A stretch of 64,000 nucleotides of DNA from the human T2T-CHM13v2.0 reference genome, Homo sapiens. Below, piece after piece: positions 29,002 to 42,389 of this stretch. How positions within the stretch are numbered: position 1 is the first letter of the stretch; every line of letters starts with the position of its first letter. The notes beneath the pieces are model-generated. The model was given only the letters and a program-made list of their open reading frames with translations. It had not been told where the DNA came from and ran no database searches. The position numbers and the translations under genes were made by a program. The stretch lies in NCBI RefSeq assembly GCF_009914755.1, contig NC_060934.1; one strand, given 5' to 3'.

Positions 29002-29227
29002 CGGGGTTCCTCAGTTTGGTACCAATGACATTTTTGAACTGGAAAATTCTTTGTTGGAGAGGGGATTTCCTGTGCATTTAGGGTGTTCAGTAGCATCTCT
29101 GACCTCTATCCCTTAGTTGTCAGTATGATCTAGTCCCCAGTCATGATAAACAAAAATGTCTGCAGATATTGCCAGTTGTCTCCAGGTGGGGGGTGGGGGC
29201 AAAATTGTATCTGACAGAGATCCATTG
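29002..29227. mobile_element. MER20 DNA transposon
   Basis: aattctttgttggagagggg...cctgtgcatt...caaaaatgtctgcagatattgcca...gggggcaaaatt. Confidence 0.85.
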
Positions 29228-30569
29228 CTTTTATCAATCTCAAAATGCATTATCTGTCATAGAGTCCAATTAAAACAACACATAGTTTTTGAAATTGAGA
29301 CTATCTCATAAAATCTGAGACATATGCTTCCTGAAGTCAGAGTTATTGTAACCAACCACTTGTTACTCATCTCAAAACACATTCACTGATTTCTACAGTC
29401 CTCCCCTGCTCTGAGGATTTGGTTTTCAGGCAGGTGGAGACATAAATACTATTTAATTTCTAATGCATCATTTCCCATGTCTCTCAAAATGTTCCCAATA
29501 GAGGTCACACATTTTTACATATAAGAAAAAAATTCAGAGTGAAAATCCACACAATTTTAAATAATAATATATTTAAAGCTAATCTAAACTCACAATAATC
29601 TTGGGGATATGAAACCTGGGGTAACAGTTCATTACAGTTCAAGAAGTCTCATGGATGTTTGAAACTTCAAAGGAGAGCACTATTGCTGATTAGTTACGTA
29701 GACTGAAGTTTTCAGTCTCTTGAGAAAAGTTTGGTATTTCAAATCTGAAAATGATTTAAGCTTACTGGGGAATGAAATAAACTGCAAAACCTTTCTAGCA
29801 CTCTAAATCCTGATATCACAGAGATTACATCTGATATTAGCATATTTTGTGGTGCCTAAAGCAGTTTTAGGAGCTGACAATTGCCAGGGAAAAAGAGAAT
29901 TTCCGGGAAGTTTGGTCCTAGGAACTGGACATGTGTAGGCATTTCTCCAAATTCAAATTCAAATATGTATAACAATAACAATAGGCATTTGTATAATAGT
30001 GTACATATAAAACAAATTTATAGTTGAGGGGATATATTTTATTATATTTGTTGTACAGAGGCAGATACTATATTACCGAAGATGTTTTGTTTACTCCAGA
30101 TAAACAATAACTAATTCAGCACGTTTAAGCATTCATCTTGACTCTCCTCACTTTCCAACTCTACATCATTCTCTGAGGCAGCAAAACATGTACACTCAGT
30201 GGCCTCACTACAGCAGTCTCTCCATCTTAGAACAGTGTGAATGTGCTCTGGGCAATATCTGTAGTGTGAAGAAATGTGGCTTGAGTTTGTTAATTTGTAC
30301 CGTGTCCTCATATGCACACTTTCTCAAAGGGAGAGTCCCAGAGTCCCCATAACAGTCTTTTAAATAAATCTTGTTCTTTATACTGTGTTCTGCACTTCTC
30401 TACCTGTCCTTCTCCCAACACAGACACACACACACACACACGCACATCTTAATTTAGAAAGAATAGCAATCATTATTTGTAAAGACAACTGTTGGGACAG
30501 CAACAATTCTCTGGAGAAAAGTCTAAAACATATCTTCTTAAAATGTATTCCTTTACTATTAAATATATT

Positions 30570-30913
30570 TGTATTAGTTTTTTTCACACTGCTATTAAAG
30601 ACCCCAAACTGTGTAATTTATAAAGAAAAAAAGGCCTCCACATGGCTATGGAGGCCTCACAATCATGGTGGAAGGCAGAGGAGGAGAAAGGCATGTCTTA
30701 CACAGTGGCAGGCAAGAGAGAGAGCATGTGCAGGGGAATTTCCCTTTATAAAACCATCAGATCTTGTGAGATTTATTCACTATCATGAGAATGGCATAGG
30801 AAAATCTCGCCCACGTGATTCCATTACCTGCCACCTGGTCCCTCCCACAACACGTGGGGATTATTACAATTCAAGGTGAGATTTGGGTGGGGACACAAAA
30901 CCAAACCATATCA
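30570..30913 (-). mobile_element. THE1 (B/C-like) solo LTR
   Basis: tgtattagt...gagatttgggtggggacac...caaaccatatca; TSD ATATT at 30565-30569 and 30914-30918. Confidence 0.95.
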
Positions 30914-31239
30914 ATATTCTGTCCGCTTTTTAAATATTTTTTTATTTTTTGAATTTCTATAGTGTATTTATTATACTTCATCACTTGGGTTTCTTTTTAT
31001 TTTAGAAAACCCTGAATCCGCCATTTCCTAGATGTCATCTCAAGGCTACATAACACTAAGTCCTCATTACAGAGTTAATAAAAAACAAGATGGTTATCAT
31101 AACTGTCTTCATTACAGAGGCTGCTTGAAAATGAAGTCTACACAGAGCTAACCAATAAGAAGACAGTAGAAAGCAACACACCAAGGCACCATTTGAAACC
31201 TCAGTTGCAGCCTTTCTTAAAATCAGATCCACATGATAG

Positions 31240-33350
31240 TCAACAATTTTTTATTGATTACATAGTATATTCCAGGCACTGTTGTAGTTACTAGGGATAT
31301 AATAGCAAATAAAACAAACTCTCGGTGATTATGGACCTAATATAATACTTGGCATGACAATATAACACAAAATAAGCACAAGTGCATATAGGATTACAGC
31401 AAAGAGGATAAAGTTAACAGAAAGCACAGCATGTTGGAATATTATTATTTTTTATAAGGTGGGTAGGTAAGACCACTTCACTCCAAGGAAATGTAAGCAA
31501 AGTCTGCAGGAAGGGAAAAACTAAGTCATGAGAATATCTGAACAAGGAGCCTTTCAGGTAGTGGAAATAGCAAGTGAACGGTTCCAGACGTAGGAATCAC
31601 TCAGTGTTCCAGGAGGTCAGTAAGGCTAGAGTGGAATCAGTGAAAGGATGAGAAGTAGGAGATGAGGTCAGGTAGCTATCAGTACAACATTTGTTTTTAT
31701 CTTAGGTAATCTGAGAAGCCATGTTAGGAATTTAACAAAAATGTGAAGTCATTTTAGGTAATTTTTTTAAAAAGTATTATTCTGTTGCCTGCAACTGACC
31801 ACAAAAGGGCAGGGCGGTGGGCTGGAGCAGTCCAGTAGGGAAGCTATTGCAATAATCTAAGTAGGAGGTAGGTGATGGTGGCTAGGATTAGGGTGAAAGC
31901 AGTGGGAATGGTGAGAAATTGTAGAATCATGTAAATATCTTTGGACCAACCAAATTTATTGATTCATTGGTGACAAGGGGGCCTGTGGATAAAGAGAAAG
32001 GTCAGGGTTCACTTAAAGGGTTTTGGCCCAAGAATTTGGAAGGATAAAGTTGCCATTTACTGGGTAGGGAAAATGCAGAAGGACCACCTGTTTTCATTAA
32101 GATAATGGAAAGTAAGTGTCAAGCATTGAGCATGGGAAATACTAATTTTGAGATGCTCTGATAAAAAACACCATGATATGCTTCACACATCCTCCTTCAA
32201 GGAATGACGGGATTATTCCCTTATACATTAGAAATGTTGCACACTGAAAGGCTTCAGCTATCAGTCCTATTCAGAGAATGCCTCATCTGAGGAAAGCCCA
32301 AGGTCAAGCAGCTTTCTGAGGCAACCTGCGTCTAATGAATATTGATGCAGACATATAAACAGCCTATCTCCTTGTCACAGCCTTACAACCCTGAAGGACC
32401 ATATCACATCCATAATTTTCCCTGTAGGCAGCTGAAAGCTTTACTTGGACTGCACTGAAGTTTAACTTCTCCATACATACAATACTGCTTTCTTCCCCTC
32501 CCTTCAATAGGAGTTGATACCCCAAACACTCCCTAATAAAGATCCTGTAATTGAATCTTAATTTCAAAGTCTGCTTCCCAGAAAACCCAACCTACAAAAG
32601 ATGTTTCTTTAGTAACCAAAGGGAAATACTGTTGTTACAGATTGACATGGATCTATAGTTTTGAGACAGAGAGCTAAACTAGACATTTGAATTAGAAGTT
32701 ATGAGCATATACCACTTAAACTCATTAGATCTGTTGAAATAATCTTTGGAGTGAATGGAAATAGGAAAAGAAGAGGTTAAAGTTGAAAGAAGGGTGTTTC
32801 AATTTTTAAAAGTCAGGGAAGTTAAGGGGAAGAAGTATCAAAGAAAACAAAAATAGAGCAGCCTGGGAGTATGGAAAAAGTCCCAGGAGATTGGGGTACA
32901 CTGTAGGTCAACTAATTAAATTTTTAAATAAAGAAGAAACTATCAATTCTGTCACATCATGAGGATGGGTTGAGTAAGATGAGAAATTAAGTTGTCAATG
33001 GAATGGGCACTGAAAATGCAAAAAAAAAAAAAAAAGCCATTTGAGTGGATTAATGTGACTGAAATCCTGGTTACAATGGAGTCAACAGATAATCCTGGAA
33101 AGGAGAATAACCACAACTTTCTTCAGGCCAGTATAAACAATATATTTGAGAAGTTTCCACAGTGAAGGGAAGCACAGAAATGGATAAATTGCTAGAAGGT
33201 TTACGGGACCAAGAGAAATTTTGTTGTTGTTGCTTTGTGTTCAATTGCAAGATATAATGGCAGTATTGCATGCTGATGGAAATGATCAGGTAGAGCAATG
33301 GATGCTTATGATGTAAGAAGCACATAGGGAAATTATGAAGCAACATCCTT
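31240..33350 (-). mobile_element. L2 element interrupted by LTR16
   Basis: caacaattttttattga...ccaggcactgtt; gtaggagatgaggtcag; gatggtggctaggattagggtg; ggataaagttgccatttactg. Confidence 0.82.
32175..32599 (+). mobile_element. LTR16-family ERVL solo LTR
   Basis: 3' end cactccctaataaa...aagtctgcttcccagaaaacccaacctac. Confidence 0.8.
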
Positions 33351-33774
33351 CAGAGTAGACATACATGGAATCAGTAGAATTCAATCAGATCAGAGTCAGA
33401 GTAAAGAGCCCACAATTAGAAGGTGTGTGTTTTAGATTTGCATTGGGCCTTGCCAATTACATTTCCAGTCCTAAGTGCTAGTGAGGTCCAATAACCAGTG
33501 TCATTCTGCAAAGTGATTATGGATCATGATGAGACATTAAATACTGAGTTGTGTTTAGAAAATTTTAAAGTGATTTGACAGTAATTTTATATATGTTGAA
33601 TCTAACAGTTAAAATGGCTTTCATTTTACATCTTTTGTATTTCATTTTTCTAGTAATTCATTTAAATGCACCCTTTATAACAGAAACTTTAAGAAGCACT
33701 GATCTAGCATGCAAGTGAAAGAAATGGTTTATACAGAAATGAGGAGTGCTTATTTTTAATTACTGAAGTACAAG

Positions 33775-34770
33775 TATCACAGGAGCTTTGGTGTTGCTTC
33801 GCCAGCTGGAAACTTCTGCGGCCAATGGCACCTTCTACCTGAGGATTGCCTGTGACTGCTGGGCTTGTTCCACCTATGCAACCTGACAAGCTGTGCTCGG
33901 TTTGTGCTACTGGCCCAGATCCCACATCTGCCAAGTGTGAGCCAAAAGCAGAGTGGCAAAGGGGTGTGAAGGTGAGTGAATGTGGGGTCCAGTCACTGAG
34001 CACAGCCAGGCACACTGGCTGCTACAAGAGGGCAGGCAGCTCCAGGTGCCAGTAAGGAGGAAGCTCCATGTAAGCCTGTGGTTGGACCAGATGCAGGCAC
34101 CTGCATCTGGATGAGGGGAATATGGTGGCTTGTGGAAGCTTGGAGATGCCAGGAACTGCAGAACCCCAAGGAGGGTGTCACAGCCCTGGTTTGGGGAGCC
34201 CTTAGATCTGGGTTCCATAAAGGGCCACAGCTCTTCTCTCCTTCTTGTTGTCTGCATTGTGGTGTCAGGGAGGGGGTGCCTGTTTCCGTCCTGTTTGTGT
34301 TACAGCTCTTCTTTTAGTCCTGCCCAACCAGCAGGTCCTGAGTTTTTTTCCTACATCTAGGAAGAATGAGGTACATAGACAAATGGAGGGTGAGCAAGGC
34401 AGAGAGGAGTTTCACTGAGTGGCAGAACAGTTCTCAGGAGACCCAAAGTGTGTAGCTCCTTTCCTCAGGCAGGTAGTCCCAGGTCCAGCTTGTCAGTGGA
34501 GAGGAGATCCACAGTGGGTGGCTCCCTTCTGCAGGAAGGTCATCTCATTGTCTGTGAAGCCCTCGTGGAGAGGAGACCCAGGGTGGGTAGCTCCTATCTG
34601 CAGGCAAGTTGTTATGTCATTTGCTGGAGTCTGGCTGAGTCTGGGGGTTTTAATGGGCCTCATAGGGGAGGAAGTACATGCTGATTGGTCCATGGGCAGC
34701 CAGGGGCAGGCCCAAAAGCAGCACCCTAAATTCTCATTCTGATCTGCCGAACTGACAGCTGGGCCCCCAG

Positions 34771-34772
<2 letters not shown>
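33775..34772 (-). mobile_element. MER52-family ERV1 LTR, truncated
   Basis: GC-rich block; tcacagga...gccagctggaaac...ggcagctccaggtgccag and repeated gaggagaccca..gtgggtagctcct units. Confidence 0.88.
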
Positions 34773-35548
<776 letters not shown>

Positions 35549-36505
35549 TTTATTTTTATTTTTTTTTGTCAAAATGATGAATTAGAGACTTTGGTGCGCC
35601 TCAGCCACTTGAAAATAGCAAAATAAATCATAAAAATGAACTCTGTGAACTTTAAGAAGAAAAATGGGAATCCAATGGAATTATGAAGAATACCCCAGAT
35701 CCTGGAGAGGAAAACACCAGCAAACAGCTCCCACGATGGTGTCCAGTTGATAAAAAGAACGAAAGAACAAAGAAAATATCCCACCTGCATGAAAAAGTTA
35801 CAGAAATTAAAAATCCTAGTGTCTCCAGATAAGAAAACATCAGTGCAAGAATTCTGGCATCATGAAAATCTGAATGTAGTGATACCACCAAAGGATTCCA
35901 CTAGATTTTAAGCAATGGTCCCTAACCAAAATGGAAACTCAGAAATGACAGATAAATAATATAAAACATGGATTGCAAAAAAATTCAATAAGATCCAAAA
36001 CAAACTTGAAAATTAACACACAAAAAAATTCTAAAGCAATTCAGGAATTAAAGAAAAAGATAAACGTCTTAAAAAGTAATCAATTACAGCTTCTGGAATC
36101 AAAAAAACTCTTGAAAAATGTTAAAATATATCAAAAGCTTTATTAATAGACTGGATCTATCAGATAAAAGAATTTAAGAGCTTGAAGATAAGCCTTCTGA
36201 AGTAACCCAGTCAGACAAAAATAAAGAAAAAAGAATTTTTTAAAATGTACAATGTCTTCAAGAAATAAAGGATTATGTAAAACAATCAAACCTATTAATT
36301 ATTGGCATTTCTGAGAGAGAAAGAGAAAAAGAAAACAACGTGGAAATTACAGTTGAGGGAAAAATTCAAGAAAATTTCCCTGATCTTGCCAGAAAGGTAG
36401 ACATCCAGAAACAAGAAATCAAGAGAACATCTGTGAGATACTATATAAAATGACTTCACAAGGGCATACAGCCACGTGACTGTCCAACATCAATACTTAA
36501 GAAAA

Positions 36506-36783
36506 TTTTTTTTTTTAGCAGTAAGCTCAAAATAGCGAATTTCATTGTTTTTTTAAATTATTATTATTATACTTTAAGTTCTGGGATACATGTGCAGAAC
36601 ATGCAGGTTTGTTACATAGGTATACATGTGCCATGGTGGTTTGCTGCACTCATCCACCCATGATCTACATTAGGTATATCTCCTAATGTTATCCCTCCCC
36701 TAGCTCCCCACTCCCTGACAGGCCCTGGTGTGTGATGTTCCCCTCCCTGTGTCCATGTGTTATCATTGTTCAACTCCTACTTA
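36506..36783 (-). mobile_element. Short L1PA (PA6-8-like) 3' end inserted antisense into L1 ORF1, carrying an extra 31-nt tail segment
   Basis: attatactttaagttctgggatacatgtgcagaacatgcaggtttgttacataggt...cattgttcaactcctactta. Confidence 0.93.
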
Positions 36784-38775
36784 AAGGCAGATAGAGAAAA
36801 AGGAAAGATCACCTACAAAGGTAACCCCATCAGGCTGAAGCAGACTTCTGATCAGAAGACTTACAAGCCAGGGGAGCCTGGGGATCTATTTTCAGCATGC
36901 TTAAAGAAAGCAAATTCCAACCAAGAATTTCATATTCCATCAAATTAAGCATCTTAAGCAAATGAGAAGTAAAATATTTTCCTGACAAGCACGTACTAAG
37001 AATATTTGTTACCACTAGAAAGCCTTCAAAGAAATCCTAAAGTAGTTCTAAACATGGGAACCAAGAACCATATCTGCTACCACAAAAACATACTTAAGTA
37101 CATAGCCCACAGACCCTATAAAGCAACAACAAAATAGAAACTACAAAGTTACCAGCTAACAACTTAATGATAGAATCAAAATTTCACATATCAATATTAA
37201 CCTGGTACATAAATGGCCTAAATGCCACCCTTAAAAGGCACAGAGTGGCAAGTTGGATTAAAAACAAAACAAAACCAAGATCCATATGGCTGCTGTCTCC
37301 AAGAGACCCACCTTATATGTAATGATACATGAAGTAAAGTAATGATGCTCAAAGTAAAGAGATGGAGTAAGATCTACTACGCAAACAGAAAAGGAAAAGA
37401 ACAGGGATTACTATTCTCATATCAGATAAAACAGAGATTAAACTAACAACACTAAAAACAAAAAAGAAGAAAGAAAGAAAGGAACTACATAATGATAAAG
37501 GGTTCAATTCAAAAAGAAGATTTAACTATCTAGAACATAAACACACCCCATATTGTAGAGTCTAGATTCACAAAACCAGTACTCTAGACCTATACAAAGA
37601 CTTAGCCACACAATAACAGTGAGGGAGATCAAGACCCCACTGACAGCATTAAACAGATTGTCAAGGCAGAAAACTAACAAAGAAATTCTGGACTTAAACT
37701 CAACACTTGAGCAACTGGATCCAATATGCATCTACAGAATACTCCACCCATGCACCACAGAATATACATTCTTCTCAACTGCACAGGGAATATACTCCAA
37801 GATTTACCACATGCTGAGTCATAAAGCAAGTCTCAGCAAATGAAAAAAAAAAAAAAATCACAGCACCCATATTCTTGGACCACAGTGGAATGAAAATAGA
37901 AAGCAATACCAATAATATTTCTCAAAACCCCATGATTACATGGAAATTAAACAGCTTGCTCCTGAGTGACTTTTAAGTAAACAACAATATCAAGCCAGAA
38001 ACATAAAAAATTATTTGAAATAAATCAAAACAGAAACACAACATAAAAAATCTCTGGGATGTTGCAAAATCAGTGTTAAGAAGAACATTTATAGTGATAA
38101 ATGCCTACCTCAAAAAGTTAGAAAGATCTCAAATTAATGATCTAACATTATACTAGAGGAAGTAGATAAACAAGAACAAACTAATCCCAAAGCTAGAAGG
38201 AAAATAAGACAACTCTAATTAGAGTTGAACCAAATGAAATTGAGACCCAAAATTCCACACAAAGGATAAATGAAACCATAGTTTCATAGTTGGTTCTTTG
38301 ACAGGATAAACAAGATCAATAGACTGTTAGTTAGATTAATAAAGAGAAGAAAAGAAAAATTCAAGTAGGCACAATCAGAAATGACAAAAGTGGTGTAATG
38401 TCACAGCCGATCACACAGAAATACAAAACTCCCTCATAGACAACTATGAACATTTCTATGCACACATACTAGAAAATCTAGAGGAAATGGAAAAATTCCT
38501 GGAAACACACAACCTCTCAAGATTGAATCGGGAAGAAATTGAAACACTGATGAAACCAATATTGAGTTCAAAAAGTGAATCAGTAATAAGAAACCTAACA
38601 ACCAAAAAACAGTAATAATAAGCCCCAGTCCAGATAGATTAACAGCTGAGTTCTACCAGAGGTCCAAAGAAGAGCTGATAGTAATTCTATTAAAACTATT
38701 CCAAAAAATCAAGGAGGGGTGATTCCTAACTGATTCTACGAAGCCAGCATCACCTAATATCTAAACCGGGCAAAG

Positions 38776-38780
38776 ACACA

Positions 38781-38817
<37 letters not shown>

Positions 38818-38838
38818 ACAGACACACACACACACACA
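38776..38838 (+). repeat. (CA)n/(GA) microsatellite within L1 ORF2
   Basis: Direct inspection. Confidence 0.95.
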
Positions 38839-40980
38839 ATGAAACTACTGGCCCATGCCTCTGAAGAACACAGACACAAAAATTCTCAACAAAATACTTA
38901 CAGGTCAAATTCAACAACACATCAAATATTTAATTTACGATGATCAGGTAGGGTTAATTCCTGAGATTCAAGGTTGTTTCATCATATTTCAACATATACA
39001 AATCAGTAAATGTGATCCGATCACATGAACACAATTTAAACTAAAACCATATGATCACCTCGAGAGACGCGGAAAAAGCTTTCAACATAATTCAACATCC
39101 CTTCATGGTAAAATCCCTCAAGAAACTAGGCATCAGAGGTACATATCTCAAAATAATAAAAGCTATCTACAACAAACCCATAGCCAGCATCATATTGAAT
39201 GATCAGAACTGCAAGCATTCCTCTTGGAAGTGGATCAAGACAGAGAGATCTTGTCTCACCACTCCTATTCAGGACAACACTGGAAGTGCTAGCCAGATGT
39301 TAAACTTTTTTTTTCATATATTTGCTGGAGGCAAGAGGAAGAAACAAAAGCATCCAAATAGCAAAAAAAAAAGAAAAAAAAATCAGACTATCTGCCTTCA
39401 CTGGTGATATGATTTTATACCTAGAAAACCCTAAAGACTCTCTCAATAAGTTATTAGAACTGATCAACAATTTTAGCAAGGTACTAGGATACAATCAATG
39501 AACAAAAATCTGTAGGAGTTCTATACACCAATAACTAAGAGCCAAATCAAGAACACAATTCAATTTACAACAGCCACAAAAGAAGTAAAATACCTAGGCA
39601 TAAATCTAACCAAGGAGGTAAAAGATCTCTGCAGGAAGAACTACAAAACACTGCTAAAAAAAAAAAAAGGGAACCCTTGACAAAAATAAGCACTGTGGAA
39701 AGGACTCCCTATTCAATAAATGGAGCTTGGATAGCTGGTGAGCTATATGCAGAAGAATGAAATTGGATACCTACCTTTTACTACATACAAAAATTAACTC
39801 AAGATGGCTTAAATATTTTAATGTAAGAACTAAAACTATAAGAATCCTAGAAGAAAACCTAGGAAACACTATTCTGGACATCACCTTTGGCAAAGGATTT
39901 ATGATTAAGTCCTCGAAAGCAATTGCAACAAAAATGATCATTGATAAGTTGGACCTAATTAAACTAAAGAGCTTCTGCACAGCAAAAGAAACCATCGACA
40001 GAGTGAACAGATAACCTACAGAACAGGAGAGAATATTCCCAAAATACGCATCCAACAAATGTCTTATATTCACAATCTACAAGTAGCTTAAAGAATTAAA
40101 CAAGCAAAAACAAAAAATTCCATCAAAAAATGAGTAAAAGACATTAATAGGCACTTCTCAACAGAAAGGGATACAAGTAGCCAAGAAATATATGAAAAAA
40201 ATGCTTAATATCACTAATCATCAGAGAAATGCAAGTCAAAACCACTATGAGATACCTACTCACACCAGTCAGGGTGGCTATTACTTAAAAGTAAAACAAC
40301 AACAGATGATGGGAGGCTGCAGAGAAAATAGAATACTTATATACTCTTGGTGGGAATGTAGATTAGTTCAGCCACAGTGGAAATCAGTTTGGAGATTTCT
40401 CAAAGAACTAAAAATAGAACTACCATCTGACCCAGCAATGCCACCCAAAAGAAAATAAATTGACTGAAAAGACACAGGCACTTGTATGCTCACAGCAGTA
40501 CTCTTCATGATAGCAAGGACATGGAATCAACCTAGGTGCCCATCGGTGGTGGAGCATATAAAGAAAATGTGGCACATATACACTACGGAATACTACATAG
40601 CCCTAAAAAAGGAAATTGTGTCCTTCTTAGCAACCTGGATACAGCTGGAGGCCATCATCCTAATTGAATTAACACAGAAATAGAACAACAAATATTACAT
40701 ATTCTCACTTATAAGTGAGAACTAAATGGTGCATACATGTAGACATAAACTTGGGAACAAAAGACACTGGGGAGTACTAGAGGGGGCTGGCTGAGAGGGA
40801 GCGTAGCAAGGCTGGAAAAACCAACTGTTGGGTGCTGTGCTAACTACCTTGGTGACAGGATTAATTGTACCCCAAACATCAGCATCATGTGACATACACA
40901 TATAATAAACGTGTACATGTACCCTTTGAATCTAAATAAAAACGGAAAAATAAAGAATGGCAAAATTAAAAGAAAAACAA

Positions 40981-41287
40981 ATACATTTTGCTAAATGAAA
41001 TAAGTCAGACACAAAAGGACACATGCTATATGATTCCACTTATATAAGGTAGCTATAACAGTCAAATTAATAGAGACAGAAAGTTACATGGTGGGTGCCA
41101 GGAGCTGTGGGCTGGTGTTTGGGGAGTTAGTGTTTACTGAGTACGGAGTTTCAGTTTGGGAGGATGAGAAAGTTCTGGAAACAGACGGTGATGATGTTGC
41201 ACAAAAATGTGAATGTACTTAATGCCAAAGATGGTTATAATGGTAAGTATCGTGTTCCATATTTTTATTACAACTACAATAATAAAA
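40981..41287 (+). mobile_element. L1MB-type 3' end
   Basis: atgaaataagtcagacacaaaaggac...gagtttcagtttgggaggatgagaaagttctgga. Confidence 0.88.
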
Positions 41288-42389
41288 GATATGTAGGAAT
41301 TTGCCAGATGAACAAGATGAAAAAGGGCATTGCCATGAAATAAACATAATGAATCTGAAAAAAATAAAAGCATCTTTGATTGCAAAAGAGCAAATTGCAA
41401 ATATCCAAAGTAATCCTTGTAATATACGTGACATTATAAATTTTACGATGCAGTGCCTATGATTCACGCACACTGTACCTGAACCAGCTGTGAAACATTC
41501 ATGAATCATAAACTCCTGTATCATCTTCAGAGCAAAAATGCATCCTATTTTACAAGAAATATTCATCAAAAAAGGGAAAGAGAAGTAAAAACCCTGAAAT
41601 TTCTAGAACCTTTCAAAGATATCAGAAAAACAAATTAATACCTCTGACAGGACCTGTTAATTCAGAGGGTCATGCTGTAAGACAGCTTGCATTTAATTCA
41701 AACTGTTTTGGAACAAGATCAATTCTGTAGTGAGATCAAGGCAGCAGAAATTTTTCCTCAGGGCTAAAAATAATAATTCCTTGAGGCCCAGACATTAAAT
41801 TCCATGGCTTCTTGAAACTATTCAAAAATGAGAAGAATGGATAAAGATTAAAAGAAAACACATGCTGCAAGCTGACAAAACACCTTTTTAGACTTACACC
41901 CAATTCGTTCATTAGTCAAATGTGTGGTTTTTTTTTTCCCTTCAGGTAACTGGAGGTGTCAACATTCAACTTCTTGGTCTGTTTCTCGTCATTTTCTATT
42001 TTCTCCTGCTATTTGTCTCTGAGCTGTTATACCTGTTATTGCAGTTTCCAACAAGAAAAAGCCAGGAAAAGGAAAGAGAATCAAAGCATCAGAGCGAGTC
42101 ACCTCACTGGGAGGTGGAACCAGAAGTTTTAAAGCAGTAGCAAAATTTGTATGTTCTGGGTGTCAGTGGACACTTTCTGTATAATAATTTTATTTTACTT
42201 TTGTTAAGAATCATGAAGCAACCACAAAAAATTAAATCAAGGCTTATCAAGTAGATGTTTGAAAGAGAAACAATGATTCACCTTATAGGTAGATGTACTT
42301 TGCTATTGAAGGGATTGTGGGCAAGTCTAAGCAAAGCTGAAGGGAATAAGGAAATTTCATTCCTTAGAGAAGACAGCATAGAATAATAG

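Larger units (their letters stand above)
35568..40960 (+). mobile_element. Near full-length inactive L1 (L1PA15/16, L1P4-type 5' end)
   Basis: Short 5' UTR; ORF1 remnant from about 35829 (KGKITYKGNPIRL); ORF2 remnant from about 37167 ([49 protein letters not shown]); L1PA16-like 3' UTR with aataaa. Confidence 0.93.

Noticed and set aside
30385-30879. Longest ORF in the window (164 aa)
   Set aside because: It starts at a non-ATG codon, runs through a (CA)n tract and then antisense through the THE1 LTR; the peptide is the usual THE1-derived spurious frame.
33704-34742. Cluster of overlapping ORFs in a GC-rich block resembling a promoter or exon
   Set aside because: Entirely within the MER52 LTR; GC richness explains the open frames and CpGs are depleted, so it is not a CpG island.
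37619-40683. ORFs with endonuclease/RT-like L1 ORF2 peptides
   Set aside because: Fragments of a dead L1 with many stops, frameshifts and an internal deletion; not an active element.
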